From a phage, in the NCBI GenBank assembly GCA_018093385.1, contig GCA_018093385.1_4808.1: a DNA stretch of 64,000 nucleotides, one strand, 5' to 3'. Below, in pieces: positions 37,936-47,290 of this stretch. The position numbers and the translations under genes are program-made. Numbering within the stretch: position 1 is the first letter of the stretch; the number at the start of each line of letters is the position of its first letter. Below the pieces are notes generated by a model. That model was given only the letters and a program-made list of their open reading frames with translations. It searched no databases and was not told where the DNA came from.

Positions 37936-38195
37936 ATTTTACCTTCTTGCATTAGCCCTTCAACACGGGTCATTTGATAACGTTCAGGTTTCCAAGCCGC
38001 CAAAGCCTTCTCAGCGCCTTTCAAGGTTTTATATGCCTTGATGCCAGGCATAATAACGGTATTCACCCCAGCACCGTTGCCATAATCAAACTCTTTAACA
38101 ACGCGGAACATCCCGTCAATTTCTTTGACCAAAAGACGTTTGAAAGCGATTGCGCCAGTAGCTTCATTTTTGTAACGTTCAAGGATGCGTACCAT
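37932..38195 (-). CDS. hypothetical protein (87 aa)
   Basis: ORF in track. Confidence 0.4.
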   Translation of the reverse strand: MVRILERYKNEATGAIAFKRLLVKEIDGMFRVVKEFDYGNGAGVNTVIMPGIKAYKTLKGAEKALAAWKPERYQMTRVEGLMQEGKI

Positions 38196-38269
38196 TTTGT
38201 ATTCCTCTGTTTCGTTTCGATGAAGTAATTATGACTCATCTTCCGTGACAAGTCAAATTATTTTTGATA

Positions 38270-39793
38270 TTAATTCATCTTTTTGCCGTCGAGGATGTGA
38301 TCAGCAAGCATAGATTTCATGCTCAGTGAACGCTGAATTTCTTCGTCGATGGTATCAACACCAATAAAATCAACATACAGCACGCTTGATTTGGTGCCGA
38401 TGCGGTGATTTCGGTCTTCGGATTGTTTGCGCAACTCGTTGTCATAGTTGCAAGAATAATAGATTGCCAAGTCGGCGGCGGTAAGCGTGATTCCGATGCC
38501 TGCCGCTGCAGCGTGACAAACCAAGACTTGCGTTCCACCGTTCTCGACTGTGTTTTTCTGGAAGTCATCAATCAAGAACTCGCGCTGCTCTTTTGATGTT
38601 TCACCGTTGTACACACCAGTGACCACGCCTTCAGACTCAAGCCAATCCTTAATCTGGTTCATCTCTTCCTTAAAGATGGCCCACACAATGAATTTGCGCT
38701 CTGGGTCGTCTTCCAGCACCCCTTCCACATAGTCCTTAAAGGCCGTGAATCGTGGGTTGTCTTCCATGTAGACCATCTCATCATACACCTTAACAAAGCC
38801 TGATGTCACCTGCTTCATCTTAGTGCGAGATGCGATCATCTCAAACTTAACGTTTTCTTCTTCGCCTTTGTACTCCATCAGATAGTTGTACTCATTCTTG
38901 AGTTCATCGTAAACATCGCGTTGTTTAGGCGACAACTCGAAGTCAATAAACTTGTACACCTTCTCTGGAAGGTCCGGCAAGTATTCCGCTTTTGTCGCAC
39001 GAAAATAGTGCGGTTCCATCAGCCGGATAAGCTTGTCAAGGTTCTTGTACATCGGTCGGCCAAACTGGTCTTTGCGCGGCACTTGCGGAATCCCATAGCC
39101 ATTGCCGCCGATTTTCTTGAGAATGGCCTGCATCTCTGGGTCGTGCGCTTCAAGTAGCACTGTGAATTCAGAGTTGAATGCACGGAACGATTTGGTGCCA
39201 AGCAAGCCAGCTTCAAGGAAGTGGTATTGCATGTAAATATCAGCAGGCGAGCGTGGCAGCGGCGTACCAGAAAGGATTCGACGGGCCTTTGCCAGCCGTC
39301 CCAATTCCACAACCTTGATGGAGCGTTTGGCTGTGTTATTTTTGATACGCGTCGATTCATCAATGATCATCAAACAGCGGTATTTCTTCAAGACCGACTC
39401 AATGTGTTGATAACCGACTGGTGTGTTGACGGTGTCAATGTTGAATGAGAAGATGCGCGCAGGCACTTCGCCTTCAGGGTAGTGATCAGCAAACATCTTC
39501 TCCCAAAGCGCCTTGCCCTTTTTAGTCTTCATCTTGTCATTGCCGCGCCAGTAATGACCAATCCATTTAATGGAAAGGTGCTCTGGTGCTTCACGACGAA
39601 TCCAGTTTGAGTGTACACCGTTAGGAGCGATTACAACCATGGCATCAAACGCGCCAGCAGTGAAATGCTTTTCAAACTCTGCCAAAGCAGTCCAGGTTTT
39701 GCCAAGACCCTGTTCCATGAAATAGGCAAAGTATTTTCTGCGGCCTGCTTTATCAAGCGCCAATAATTGGTGGCGCATTCCTTGTGTTTTCAT
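38270..39793 (-). CDS. SNF2-family helicase/ATPase
   Basis: Motif I GLGKT, motif II LMIIDESTRIKN (DExx box), SGTPL, C-terminal helicase domain motifs. Confidence 0.85.
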   Translation of the reverse strand: MKTQGMRHQLLALDKAGRRKYFAYFMEQGLGKTWTALAEFEKHFTAGAFDAMVVIAPNGVHSNWIRREAPEHLSIKWIGHYWRGNDKMKTKKGKALWEKMFADHYPEGEVPARIFSFNIDTVNTPVGYQHIESVLKKYRCLMIIDESTRIKNNTAKRSIKVVELGRLAKARRILSGTPLPRSPADIYMQYHFLEAGLLGTKSFRAFNSEFTVLLEAHDPEMQAILKKIGGNGYGIPQVPRKDQFGRPMYKNLDKLIRLMEPHYFRATKAEYLPDLPEKVYKFIDFELSPKQRDVYDELKNEYNYLMEYKGEEENVKFEMIASRTKMKQVTSGFVKVYDEMVYMEDNPRFTAFKDYVEGVLEDDPERKFIVWAIFKEEMNQIKDWLESEGVVTGVYNGETSKEQREFLIDDFQKNTVENGGTQVLVCHAAAAGIGITLTAADLAIYYSCNYDNELRKQSEDRNHRIGTKSSVLYVDFIGVDTIDEEIQRSLSMKSMLADHILDGKKMN

Positions 39794-40212
39794 TACAATT
39801 CCTCTAAATACTTGATGATGTGATGAATAGTTCCCTTCACGATTATCTCACGTTGAACGTCTGCAGTATTATAACGCTTTAATTCAATAGAAGGGTGGAC
39901 TAAATAAAACATCTTCTCAGAATCAACCTTAAGCAGAACAAATGATGGGTATTTCCAATCATTCCACGAAGAAAGAAAGCTGCATTGGCCTTTCTCAAAT
40001 GCATTTCTGAAAGGTGCAGTGGTGGCCCTTGCAGGCCACGATTCAAAGAACTTCATTTCAAGCCAAAAGCCGCGCCCTTTCCGGTTGGTGCCGATTACGT
40101 CCGGCACGCCATCGCCCGTCATTGACTCGATTCGTTGAAGCTTCAATACCGATTCTGAATGCTTCTTCAAAGGCACGAATATGTATTTCTGCTCACGGTT
40201 ATTTGTTGCCAT
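39793..40212 (-). CDS. VRR-NUC-like PD-(D/E)xK nuclease
   Basis: GVPDVIG ... GRGFWLEMK pattern; immediately downstream of the SNF2 helicase. Confidence 0.55.
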   Translation of the reverse strand: MATNNREQKYIFVPLKKHSESVLKLQRIESMTGDGVPDVIGTNRKGRGFWLEMKFFESWPARATTAPFRNAFEKGQCSFLSSWNDWKYPSFVLLKVDSEKMFYLVHPSIELKRYNTADVQREIIVKGTIHHIIKYLEEL

Positions 40213-43096
40213 CTGGATACACCTGTTTGATCACGTCAACGATGAACATATCAATGCCTTCAAGCTTGCGACCTTTCATCAGGAAGAATGCGCCGTTCCC
40301 GACGTTTTCAGCGATGTACTTCCCGTACTTCTGGAACTTCTCTGGACGAATCCTGAAGCGCATTGGCGAGTCGGTCGAGTCGTCTTTGCACATAAGGTCG
40401 ATGAACTGAGTCTCAAGCTTGTTCCCGTACTGGTCAAACTCTGCGTAGCGGCCATCAGCTTGAAGACCCTTTTTAAGCTTGCCGTGCTTTGTATAGATGC
40501 CGCGCTCAAGTCGTTTACGGATGCGTGTTGCTTCGTTCTCGTCCGCAAGCACTTTCTTTGTCAACTTGCCGATTACTATTGCGCGCTCGTCATCACCGAC
40601 TTCCTTCATCTGGCGTATTGAAGCGCCGGACGTCACACCAATCAGATACGGGTCATTATACGCCCAGCCGAACTTTGTGTGCATCTCTGTAAGGTCGCCG
40701 TATTTTACTTCAGCATTGGCCAATGCGTCCTTTTGCTTCTGCGTTAAGGTTCCGGCTTCACGCGCTTCGATATACTTCATCGCTTTCACCATGCCGTACC
40801 CTTTCGCATTCATGATGCCGCCGATTAGCTTTCCGTTCGCGATGGTCCAGTTCATTGAAGAGTGATCAGGGTCGATTGGCACATAATCCACACCTTCCTT
40901 CGCAAGTTCACGTAATATCGCAATCGTCTGGTCTTCGTCCTTAGCAGCGCGTAAGCAGGCTGCGGCAAATTCCAACGGGTAGTGTCGCTTAAGCCACAAG
41001 GTCCAGTAGGTCACGACCGCGTATGACACGGAGTGTGACTTGTTAAAGCCCCATGACCCGAACGTGGCCATCGCTTGCCAAAGCTTTCTTGCATCCGCTT
41101 CCGGTACGCCGTTATTGATTGCGCCTGCAACAAAGTCCTCGCCAAGCTTGTTAAAGTATTCTTCACCCTTACGGCCTGACATCGCCTTACGCACAGCTGA
41201 CGTTTTCGCCCAGTCAAATGAACCAATCTCTTTAACCACGGCCATGATTTGCTCTTGGTAAAGAAACACGCCGTAAGTCTCTTTCAAGTACGGCTCAAGC
41301 TGCGGCACGTCGTACTCAATCGGCGCACGTCCTGCCGCGCGTTCAATGTATTTCTGGGCCATACCGGATGACAACGGGCCAGGTCGACCCAAAGCTGTCA
41401 GGTTGTCGATTTTGTTAAAGTTGTCGACGTGCACAAAGTTTGTTACTGAGCGTACAGCATCACCTTCAAACTGGAAGATGCCTGACATCTTGTTTTCGTT
41501 AAGAATGTCAAGGACGCTTTGATCATCAAGTTTGATTCCGTAGAGCGTTTCAGCATCAATAACGCCTGTATCAGAAATAATGCCGAGAGTACGAAGGCCC
41601 AGCGCATCAAGCTTCAAAAGGTTGAGGTATTCACTGTCAGGCTTATCGATTTGCGCAATCCCTTCTGCAGTTACAGTACAGTAATCAGAGATTGGGTCAT
41701 TACACACAATGATGCCCGCTGCGTGAACACCTGTGTGAGACGGGTGAATCTCAAGGTCACCCATGCAACGCGCGGCGTCAGGATATTTCGCCACGAACTC
41801 TTGGCCCGTGGTCGTTGTTGCAAAGGTATCCTCCAGGCCGTGACCATAACGGGCGTCACCGGATGAGTATTCAAGCAATGCGTTTTTAATGTTGGCCGTT
41901 TCGTGGTATCCAATGTTGAACTTCTTACCAACCTGCGCCATTACTGAGTTGGCCTTAAGAGTGTTGATGTTGCCAAGCTTCGCAACGTTCATTTCGCCGT
42001 ATTTCTCTTTAAGATAATCAAACACCATATAGCGTTTGGTATCTTCAAAGTCGATGTCGATGTCAGGAAGGTCGGCGCGGCTTACGTCGATGAATCGGGC
42101 AAACAGCAGCTTATACGGGATTGGGTCCACTTCCGTGATGCCGAGGCAATAGCAAACAAGTGAACCGGCCGATGAGCCGCGAGCAGGACCGACGAGCATT
42201 TTTGTTTTTGCGAATCGTACAAGGTCCGCTACTACCAGAAAGTATGAGTCGAAATCTTTCAGCTGAATCTGGTGAATTTCTTCGTTGAAGCGGTCCTCGT
42301 ATTCCTGAGTCCATTCTTTGATGTGACCTGCTTTTAGACGGTACTCCATGCCCTCGCGAGCAAGCTTTACCATGTCACCAGCAAGTTGAATAATCGGTGC
42401 CTTACGCAATTTCAGGTCAAGTCCGACTATGCCGTTTGCTATGTCAACAGCATTGGCCGTTGCCTGATTGAGCTCGTCTTCAGTCAAGATGCCTTTAAGC
42501 TGTTTGCGCAAGTCTTCCGAGTCAACGATGCAGTGCGGCTTGACCGTGTCGCGCACTTCCCAAGCATAAGCGAAGTCAACGTGCTCAGGAGAAGGCATGT
42601 GATTGTATCCGGTTAAAACCAGCGGCCTTCCGTTGCTGCGGTGAGCCAACACCTGGCGCTTAGCCAAAAGGAACGACGATGGGTTGACGTCTATATAGTC
42701 GTAGTCCTCTGGCCGCAGCAGCTCCACGGCACCGCCACAGAATTTAACGACGCCATCAAGCGCACCGAACTCTGCACGGGTAAGCCCACCGCGCTGCGTT
42801 GAAAGTGTTGTAGCGTTGTAAAAAGATTTTAAGTCAAGGGCCAATATCCAAGCCTTCGGTTTGAATCCCTTTTTAGGGTCCGCATCAGGGTCGATGATTG
42901 GAATCTCCATTCCAAACATAGGCTTAATATCATTTTTCTGGCATTCCTTTTCCCAGCGAACGTGACCCCATGTGTTGTTATCAACTAATGCCGCGACTTC
43001 GCAGCCCAACTCTTTGAGCCGTGCTATAATTTCAGGATGCCGTCCATAAACTTCTTTGAACGTGTAACCGCTGCGAACTCTCAATTGTGGAAACAT
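40199..43096 (-). CDS. DNA polymerase III alpha-like replicative polymerase
   Basis: 965 aa; N-terminal PHP-like region; LKLDALGLRTLG resembles the conserved DnaE motif. Confidence 0.85.
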   Translation of the reverse strand: MFPQLRVRSGYTFKEVYGRHPEIIARLKELGCEVAALVDNNTWGHVRWEKECQKNDIKPMFGMEIPIIDPDADPKKGFKPKAWILALDLKSFYNATTLSTQRGGLTRAEFGALDGVVKFCGGAVELLRPEDYDYIDVNPSSFLLAKRQVLAHRSNGRPLVLTGYNHMPSPEHVDFAYAWEVRDTVKPHCIVDSEDLRKQLKGILTEDELNQATANAVDIANGIVGLDLKLRKAPIIQLAGDMVKLAREGMEYRLKAGHIKEWTQEYEDRFNEEIHQIQLKDFDSYFLVVADLVRFAKTKMLVGPARGSSAGSLVCYCLGITEVDPIPYKLLFARFIDVSRADLPDIDIDFEDTKRYMVFDYLKEKYGEMNVAKLGNINTLKANSVMAQVGKKFNIGYHETANIKNALLEYSSGDARYGHGLEDTFATTTTGQEFVAKYPDAARCMGDLEIHPSHTGVHAAGIIVCNDPISDYCTVTAEGIAQIDKPDSEYLNLLKLDALGLRTLGIISDTGVIDAETLYGIKLDDQSVLDILNENKMSGIFQFEGDAVRSVTNFVHVDNFNKIDNLTALGRPGPLSSGMAQKYIERAAGRAPIEYDVPQLEPYLKETYGVFLYQEQIMAVVKEIGSFDWAKTSAVRKAMSGRKGEEYFNKLGEDFVAGAINNGVPEADARKLWQAMATFGSWGFNKSHSVSYAVVTYWTLWLKRHYPLEFAAACLRAAKDEDQTIAILRELAKEGVDYVPIDPDHSSMNWTIANGKLIGGIMNAKGYGMVKAMKYIEAREAGTLTQKQKDALANAEVKYGDLTEMHTKFGWAYNDPYLIGVTSGASIRQMKEVGDDERAIVIGKLTKKVLADENEATRIRKRLERGIYTKHGKLKKGLQADGRYAEFDQYGNKLETQFIDLMCKDDSTDSPMRFRIRPEKFQKYGKYIAENVGNGAFFLMKGRKLEGIDMFIVDVIKQVYPDGNK

Positions 43097-43638
43097 TATT
43101 TACTCCAGATGTCATATACGCCAATTTGTTGGCAGACTTTGTGCAGTAATATTACGTCGTCTAATGCACGGTGCTTCTGTTCATATTTTCCGAAATATAA
43201 TTCATACAGCTCTTGAAGCTTAACTCTTCGGCCAAAAATAGGCAAGGTTTGCTCAACTGTACATATGTTTATTTCTGGAAAATTAACATCATCAAGCGTA
43301 AGTCCTTCGCGCTGTAGTGCATAATCAAGAATGTTTTTATCGAACGCATGGTTGTGCGCGATAGTTGCATCAGTCTTCTTGAAGATTTCTTTTAGCTGCG
43401 GGACGAAATTGATGAACGGTGGATTGCACTCAAGGTCTTCATTTGTTAATCCGGTAATCTTTGTGATGATTTCTTCGATCACGATTTCAGGATTAATTAT
43501 GAATTCAAACGTTTCAAGAATCTCTTTGCCGTCTGTCAGCAAGCCTGCAAATTCAATAGGGCGCGGCTGCATTCCAAGCGGCGCTTTCGGGTGCACGGTT
43601 AATCCGGTTGTTTCGAAGTCATAAGGGAGAAATAACAC
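43096..43638 (-). CDS. DnaQ-like 3'-5' exonuclease
   Basis: Exo motifs DFETTGL, AHNHAFD, HRALDD. Confidence 0.85.
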   Translation of the reverse strand: MLFLPYDFETTGLTVHPKAPLGMQPRPIEFAGLLTDGKEILETFEFIINPEIVIEEIITKITGLTNEDLECNPPFINFVPQLKEIFKKTDATIAHNHAFDKNILDYALQREGLTLDDVNFPEINICTVEQTLPIFGRRVKLQELYELYFGKYEQKHRALDDVILLHKVCQQIGVYDIWSK

Positions 43639-43651
43639 ATTGGCCTCCTAC

Positions 43652-43678
43652 AAAAAGGCCGCCCATTAGGACGGCCAC
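43652..43678 (-). terminator. candidate rho-independent terminator
   Basis: Imperfect hairpin GGCCGUCC-UAAU-GGGCGGCC followed by U-run on minus strand. Confidence 0.4.
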
Positions 43679-43692
43679 AGATTCACGATTCG

Positions 43693-44244
43693 TTATACAG
43701 TGTACGGAGTACCGTCTTGATTTAAGCGCACGATAAACTTCAAATCAACGCCGATGATTTCACGCGTATCAAAGATCACATAGTTGTAACGACGTTGACC
43801 AGCAATGTTCGGGTTGGTATGAGAGTCAGTTACAACTTCCTGTGCAACCTGAATACCTTCTTCGCTAAAGAACTTACGCCATTCAGCAAGTTCAGCGGCA
43901 GTCACGTGCATACCAAGGTGGCTGACCTGATTGTCATGCGCATCGATATATTCGATGTTTTCGTTAATCCAGTTGCAGCCCATTGTGTAGTCAAGGATTT
44001 CAAGCTCAAGAGGCTTACCAGCGCCGCCATCAGTACCGTTGCCAGCCTGATAGTTGAAGCGCAAGTCAGCTTCATTGGTGCAATCGTCGCGACGACCTTT
44101 AAAGTCATCAGCTTCAAATACGCGACCAGTAGCAACAACATGATCATGGAACCATTCTGTCAGGCCGATTTTAGCCAAGAAATCCTGTGCGCGCTGAGCA
44201 TCTGGAATTGACAGGGCGATTTGTTCAATTTTAAAATGTGGCAT
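43693..44244 (-). CDS. hypothetical protein, possible VOC/glyoxalase-like fold
   Basis: 183 aa; weak resemblance only (HLGMHV); assignment tentative. Confidence 0.3.
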   Translation of the reverse strand: MPHFKIEQIALSIPDAQRAQDFLAKIGLTEWFHDHVVATGRVFEADDFKGRRDDCTNEADLRFNYQAGNGTDGGAGKPLELEILDYTMGCNWINENIEYIDAHDNQVSHLGMHVTAAELAEWRKFFSEEGIQVAQEVVTDSHTNPNIAGQRRYNYVIFDTREIIGVDLKFIVRLNQDGTPYTV

Positions 44245-44340
44245 TTTGTTTCCTTAATTAAATATTATTGATTAATTACTGTGTTGTCTTCGTCCTGTTT
44301 CTTTTCAGGAGCGGGTGTGACAACTTCAAATGTTCGTGAT

Positions 44341-45024
44341 TTATTTACCAAATGGAATATCAGTACCAGACATAAAGCGCCATGCGCCTGTAATTAAGAT
44401 ATGGCGAATGAAGTCAGCAATTACTTGCGGCTCAGTCTCCAATCCATTCATCAATGCCTTTTTCTGGTATTCAGCGGCGTATTCAGGAGTCCAGCCGCGA
44501 GTCGCGCAAACTGCATCTTCAATCTGTTTAGACATGCCAGTGCCGCGCAACTTGTTAGGACTAATAGAGAATACCGTGATGCCGTACTTAGGCGTAAGTT
44601 CGTGAGCCATCTGCTTGCTGATCATAAGCGCAGCGGCCTTGGATGCATTATAACACAAGCTGGACGTCATAGGAATATGCGCAGCGTTGGAAACGATGTT
44701 GATCACAAAGCCTTTGTTGTCGATAAGACTTTTCAGCGCAGCCTGAGTCGTGTTAACGAAAGAGAATGCGTTGGTGTGCATAACGCGGTTAAACTCTTCA
44801 TAGTTTACATCTTCAAACCAATTGTTAGAGTTGACACCAGCACAGTTGATCAAGCCTTCAACATCATATGGGCTTAAAATTTCTTTCATCTGTTTAGCAT
44901 CGCGGACGTCATATCCGTATGCTGAATCGATGCCAAGCACGTTATGACCGTAAGCGCCAAGGGTGTCAAAAATAGATTTACCAAGACCGGAATTGGAACC
45001 TGTTACAACAATTACTTTTTTCAT
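44341..45024 (-). CDS. short-chain dehydrogenase/reductase (SDR)
   Basis: N-terminal TGSNSGLG dinucleotide-binding motif; catalytic Y-x-x-x-K (YNASK). Confidence 0.75.
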   Translation of the reverse strand: MKKVIVVTGSNSGLGKSIFDTLGAYGHNVLGIDSAYGYDVRDAKQMKEILSPYDVEGLINCAGVNSNNWFEDVNYEEFNRVMHTNAFSFVNTTQAALKSLIDNKGFVINIVSNAAHIPMTSSLCYNASKAAALMISKQMAHELTPKYGITVFSISPNKLRGTGMSKQIEDAVCATRGWTPEYAAEYQKKALMNGLETEPQVIADFIRHILITGAWRFMSGTDIPFGK

Positions 45025-45089
45025 TTATTTATCCTTTTTGGACTTCGTTTCGATGAGGTAAATATAACTCATCGAAACGCACAAGTAAA

Positions 45090-45965
45090 CTATTTATTGA
45101 AATTAATATTATGGGTGTTTACAAGACGTTCACACATGGCGCTATAAACACCATCGTCGTGTATTGAGTCTTCGTGCTTCAGGCCGCTGATTGCGAAGCG
45201 TGTAAGCTTGACAATCTTAAGCTCGAACAGATGCCACATGTGGTAGTCTTCCGGTGTTTTCAGCGTCACGCCATTAGGGAACAGTACCTGCATAACCTGA
45301 CCTACCATCACAGCGTTATCGCCATAGACAGCGTTGCGCTCACGGAAGGTCGCGGCCATCGCATCAAGAATATCGGCGGCGGTTGCTGGGCCTTGTGGTT
45401 CAACTTCAACAACTTTAGTCTCTTCTTTCCCTGTTGCGCTTGGATCAACTGCTAATTGCTGCACCATTTCACCTGCCTTGCAAAGATTAAATGTAAAAGC
45501 GATTTTATTTTGAGCAACGGAATTATAATACAAGGCTTCATCTTGCATCGCCGCGAGTACGTCTTGTCGGTCGTCGAATACATTAATGATTCGATAATCG
45601 CCGTGCCGCAAAGCGTGCGATAGCCATCCAGATTTCATAATAGTTGATGGACGTTTGTCGCCAGAGTCTCTCATCTTGATTGTAAATTCATCAAAAGGGA
45701 AAACATTGTCCAGACGTTCAAAAGTCACTTGTCTGTATTTTTCTGGCCTTGCAGTCCAATATTCAACCGCCTCACCGCGAAGAGATGCCGACTCTACTGC
45801 TGATGCAATGTGAGGATAGAACTGATCATAACCAATACCGCTGTGATAGTCATCATAGTCTGACAACGGACCTGCCACCTTGATGCGGTCTAAGCGCCAA
45901 CGGTCATCAAACAGCGTTCCGTCAAGGTCGAATACGTTTAAGATTTCGCTGTTTTTAATGCTCAT
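45090..45965 (-). CDS. HAD-family phosphatase fused to a C-terminal nucleotide-metabolism-associated domain
   Basis: HAD motif I FDLDGTLFD near N-terminus; C-terminal FRERNAVYGDNAVMVGQ ... EDSIHDDGVY resembles MazG-like/DUF1599-type helical domains (from memory). Confidence 0.5.
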   Translation of the reverse strand: MSIKNSEILNVFDLDGTLFDDRWRLDRIKVAGPLSDYDDYHSGIGYDQFYPHIASAVESASLRGEAVEYWTARPEKYRQVTFERLDNVFPFDEFTIKMRDSGDKRPSTIMKSGWLSHALRHGDYRIINVFDDRQDVLAAMQDEALYYNSVAQNKIAFTFNLCKAGEMVQQLAVDPSATGKEETKVVEVEPQGPATAADILDAMAATFRERNAVYGDNAVMVGQVMQVLFPNGVTLKTPEDYHMWHLFELKIVKLTRFAISGLKHEDSIHDDGVYSAMCERLVNTHNINFNK

Positions 45966-46765
45966 CCTTTTGATACTCCATCTTTAGCAACTGGATTGTT
46001 GGTGATTGGCATTGCACTCCAAAACTGGATGCGCAACTCTTCTTGCTGTGCCGTGGTATCCATCCAATCACGATACCAAGGGCAATGGGCTTTGCCATGA
46101 CGAGGAAACGCGCACTTACCCATACCGATGCACTGGGGCTGTAGTAAAGGATTGGCCCACGGGTGCACCTTAAGGACTTCCGCAACCATTGCACGGAATA
46201 CTTCTTGATACTCGCCTTGAGTACGCGTGCACAAGCGGTTAGAGGCCATTTGTTGCAGAGTGCGCAAGTTGAACTTTGCCATGATATGCGTTTGCATATT
46301 AGAAGGCAACACGGCACGTGCATCTTGAATCTCTGCGCCAGCCGCGCGAAGTTCTTGGTATAGGGCGTCAATGGTTGCCATTGCATCATCCCATTTCTCT
46401 GCCAGTTCAGCAGCCTTCTCGTCATGACGAGTCCATCCCTTTGGATCATCCTCTGGGTAAGTAAATTTGGCAGGACGAATCGCATCAAATGCTGACGACT
46501 CCTGAGCGCGGCTTGTGCGTTCTTGATATGCACCTGTGCGTGTGCGCACCATCTGATGAGTCATATTCTTTGATACATCAGTGATGTCAAAGATATAGTC
46601 CACAAAGTCAAAAGGCGACTTGATTGTATCAAGCATGTAGCGCCAGTGCTCTTGCTTCTCTGATTCTGTCATCTCAGAGACTGGCTTACCAGTCATGCGC
46701 GTGTTCTTTGTTTCCAGCAAAAGGTCAAGTGCATCTTGGGTGTATCGAATTAATTCAACTTTCAT
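45962..46765 (-). CDS. ThyX-like flavin-dependent thymidylate synthase homolog (divergent)
   Basis: THQMVRTRTGAYQERTS parallels the ThyX motif RHR-x7/8-S but with RTR; 267 aa. Confidence 0.55.
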   Translation of the reverse strand: MKVELIRYTQDALDLLLETKNTRMTGKPVSEMTESEKQEHWRYMLDTIKSPFDFVDYIFDITDVSKNMTHQMVRTRTGAYQERTSRAQESSAFDAIRPAKFTYPEDDPKGWTRHDEKAAELAEKWDDAMATIDALYQELRAAGAEIQDARAVLPSNMQTHIMAKFNLRTLQQMASNRLCTRTQGEYQEVFRAMVAEVLKVHPWANPLLQPQCIGMGKCAFPRHGKAHCPWYRDWMDTTAQQEELRIQFWSAMPITNNPVAKDGVSKG

Positions 46766-46778
46766 TTTAATTATCCTA

Positions 46779-47225
46779 TTAACGGTAATTCACTAGTTGC
46801 TGATCACCAGAGAAGGTGCAATGATAAACGAATTGTGCGTTATAAAGCAACTGAAAACTTTTCTTTGGTTCATTATTAGAACTCATTGATGTAAAGATTT
46901 CTGCACCAGAACGGTTTTCACCAATCAGGTTAATAAAGCCGCCAGTTGAACGAGGCTGAACGAAAGTGAAACGCTGCATCCACGGAGTCCGGTTGGCACC
47001 TTTTCCGGTGAATCCCTGAATCTGAATATTCAGACCTTCTTGCTCGTTCACACCGATGTAAGTGGTAATTGTTGCGCCAGTCGTCGCTGCGGTCTTGCCG
47101 TCCATCGCTTCGCAATCGTAAACAGCGATTGAATCGGAAGTACGGACAGCGGCTTCAGTCGCTTCCATATACATGGTTCCGAGAATAGCAGTCGCGGCAA
47201 GCGCGATTCCAGTGATGCGTTTCAT
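46779..47225 (-). CDS. secreted/periplasmic protein
   Basis: Signal peptide-like MKRITGIALAATAILGTMYMEATEAA. Confidence 0.45.
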   Translation of the reverse strand: MKRITGIALAATAILGTMYMEATEAAVRTSDSIAVYDCEAMDGKTAATTGATITTYIGVNEQEGLNIQIQGFTGKGANRTPWMQRFTFVQPRSTGGFINLIGENRSGAEIFTSMSSNNEPKKSFQLLYNAQFVYHCTFSGDQQLVNYR

Positions 47226-47290
47226 TTTCGTTTCCTCTATGAGTTCTGCTTCAATGATTAAAGTATACGCCCATTGAAGCAGAAAGCAAA

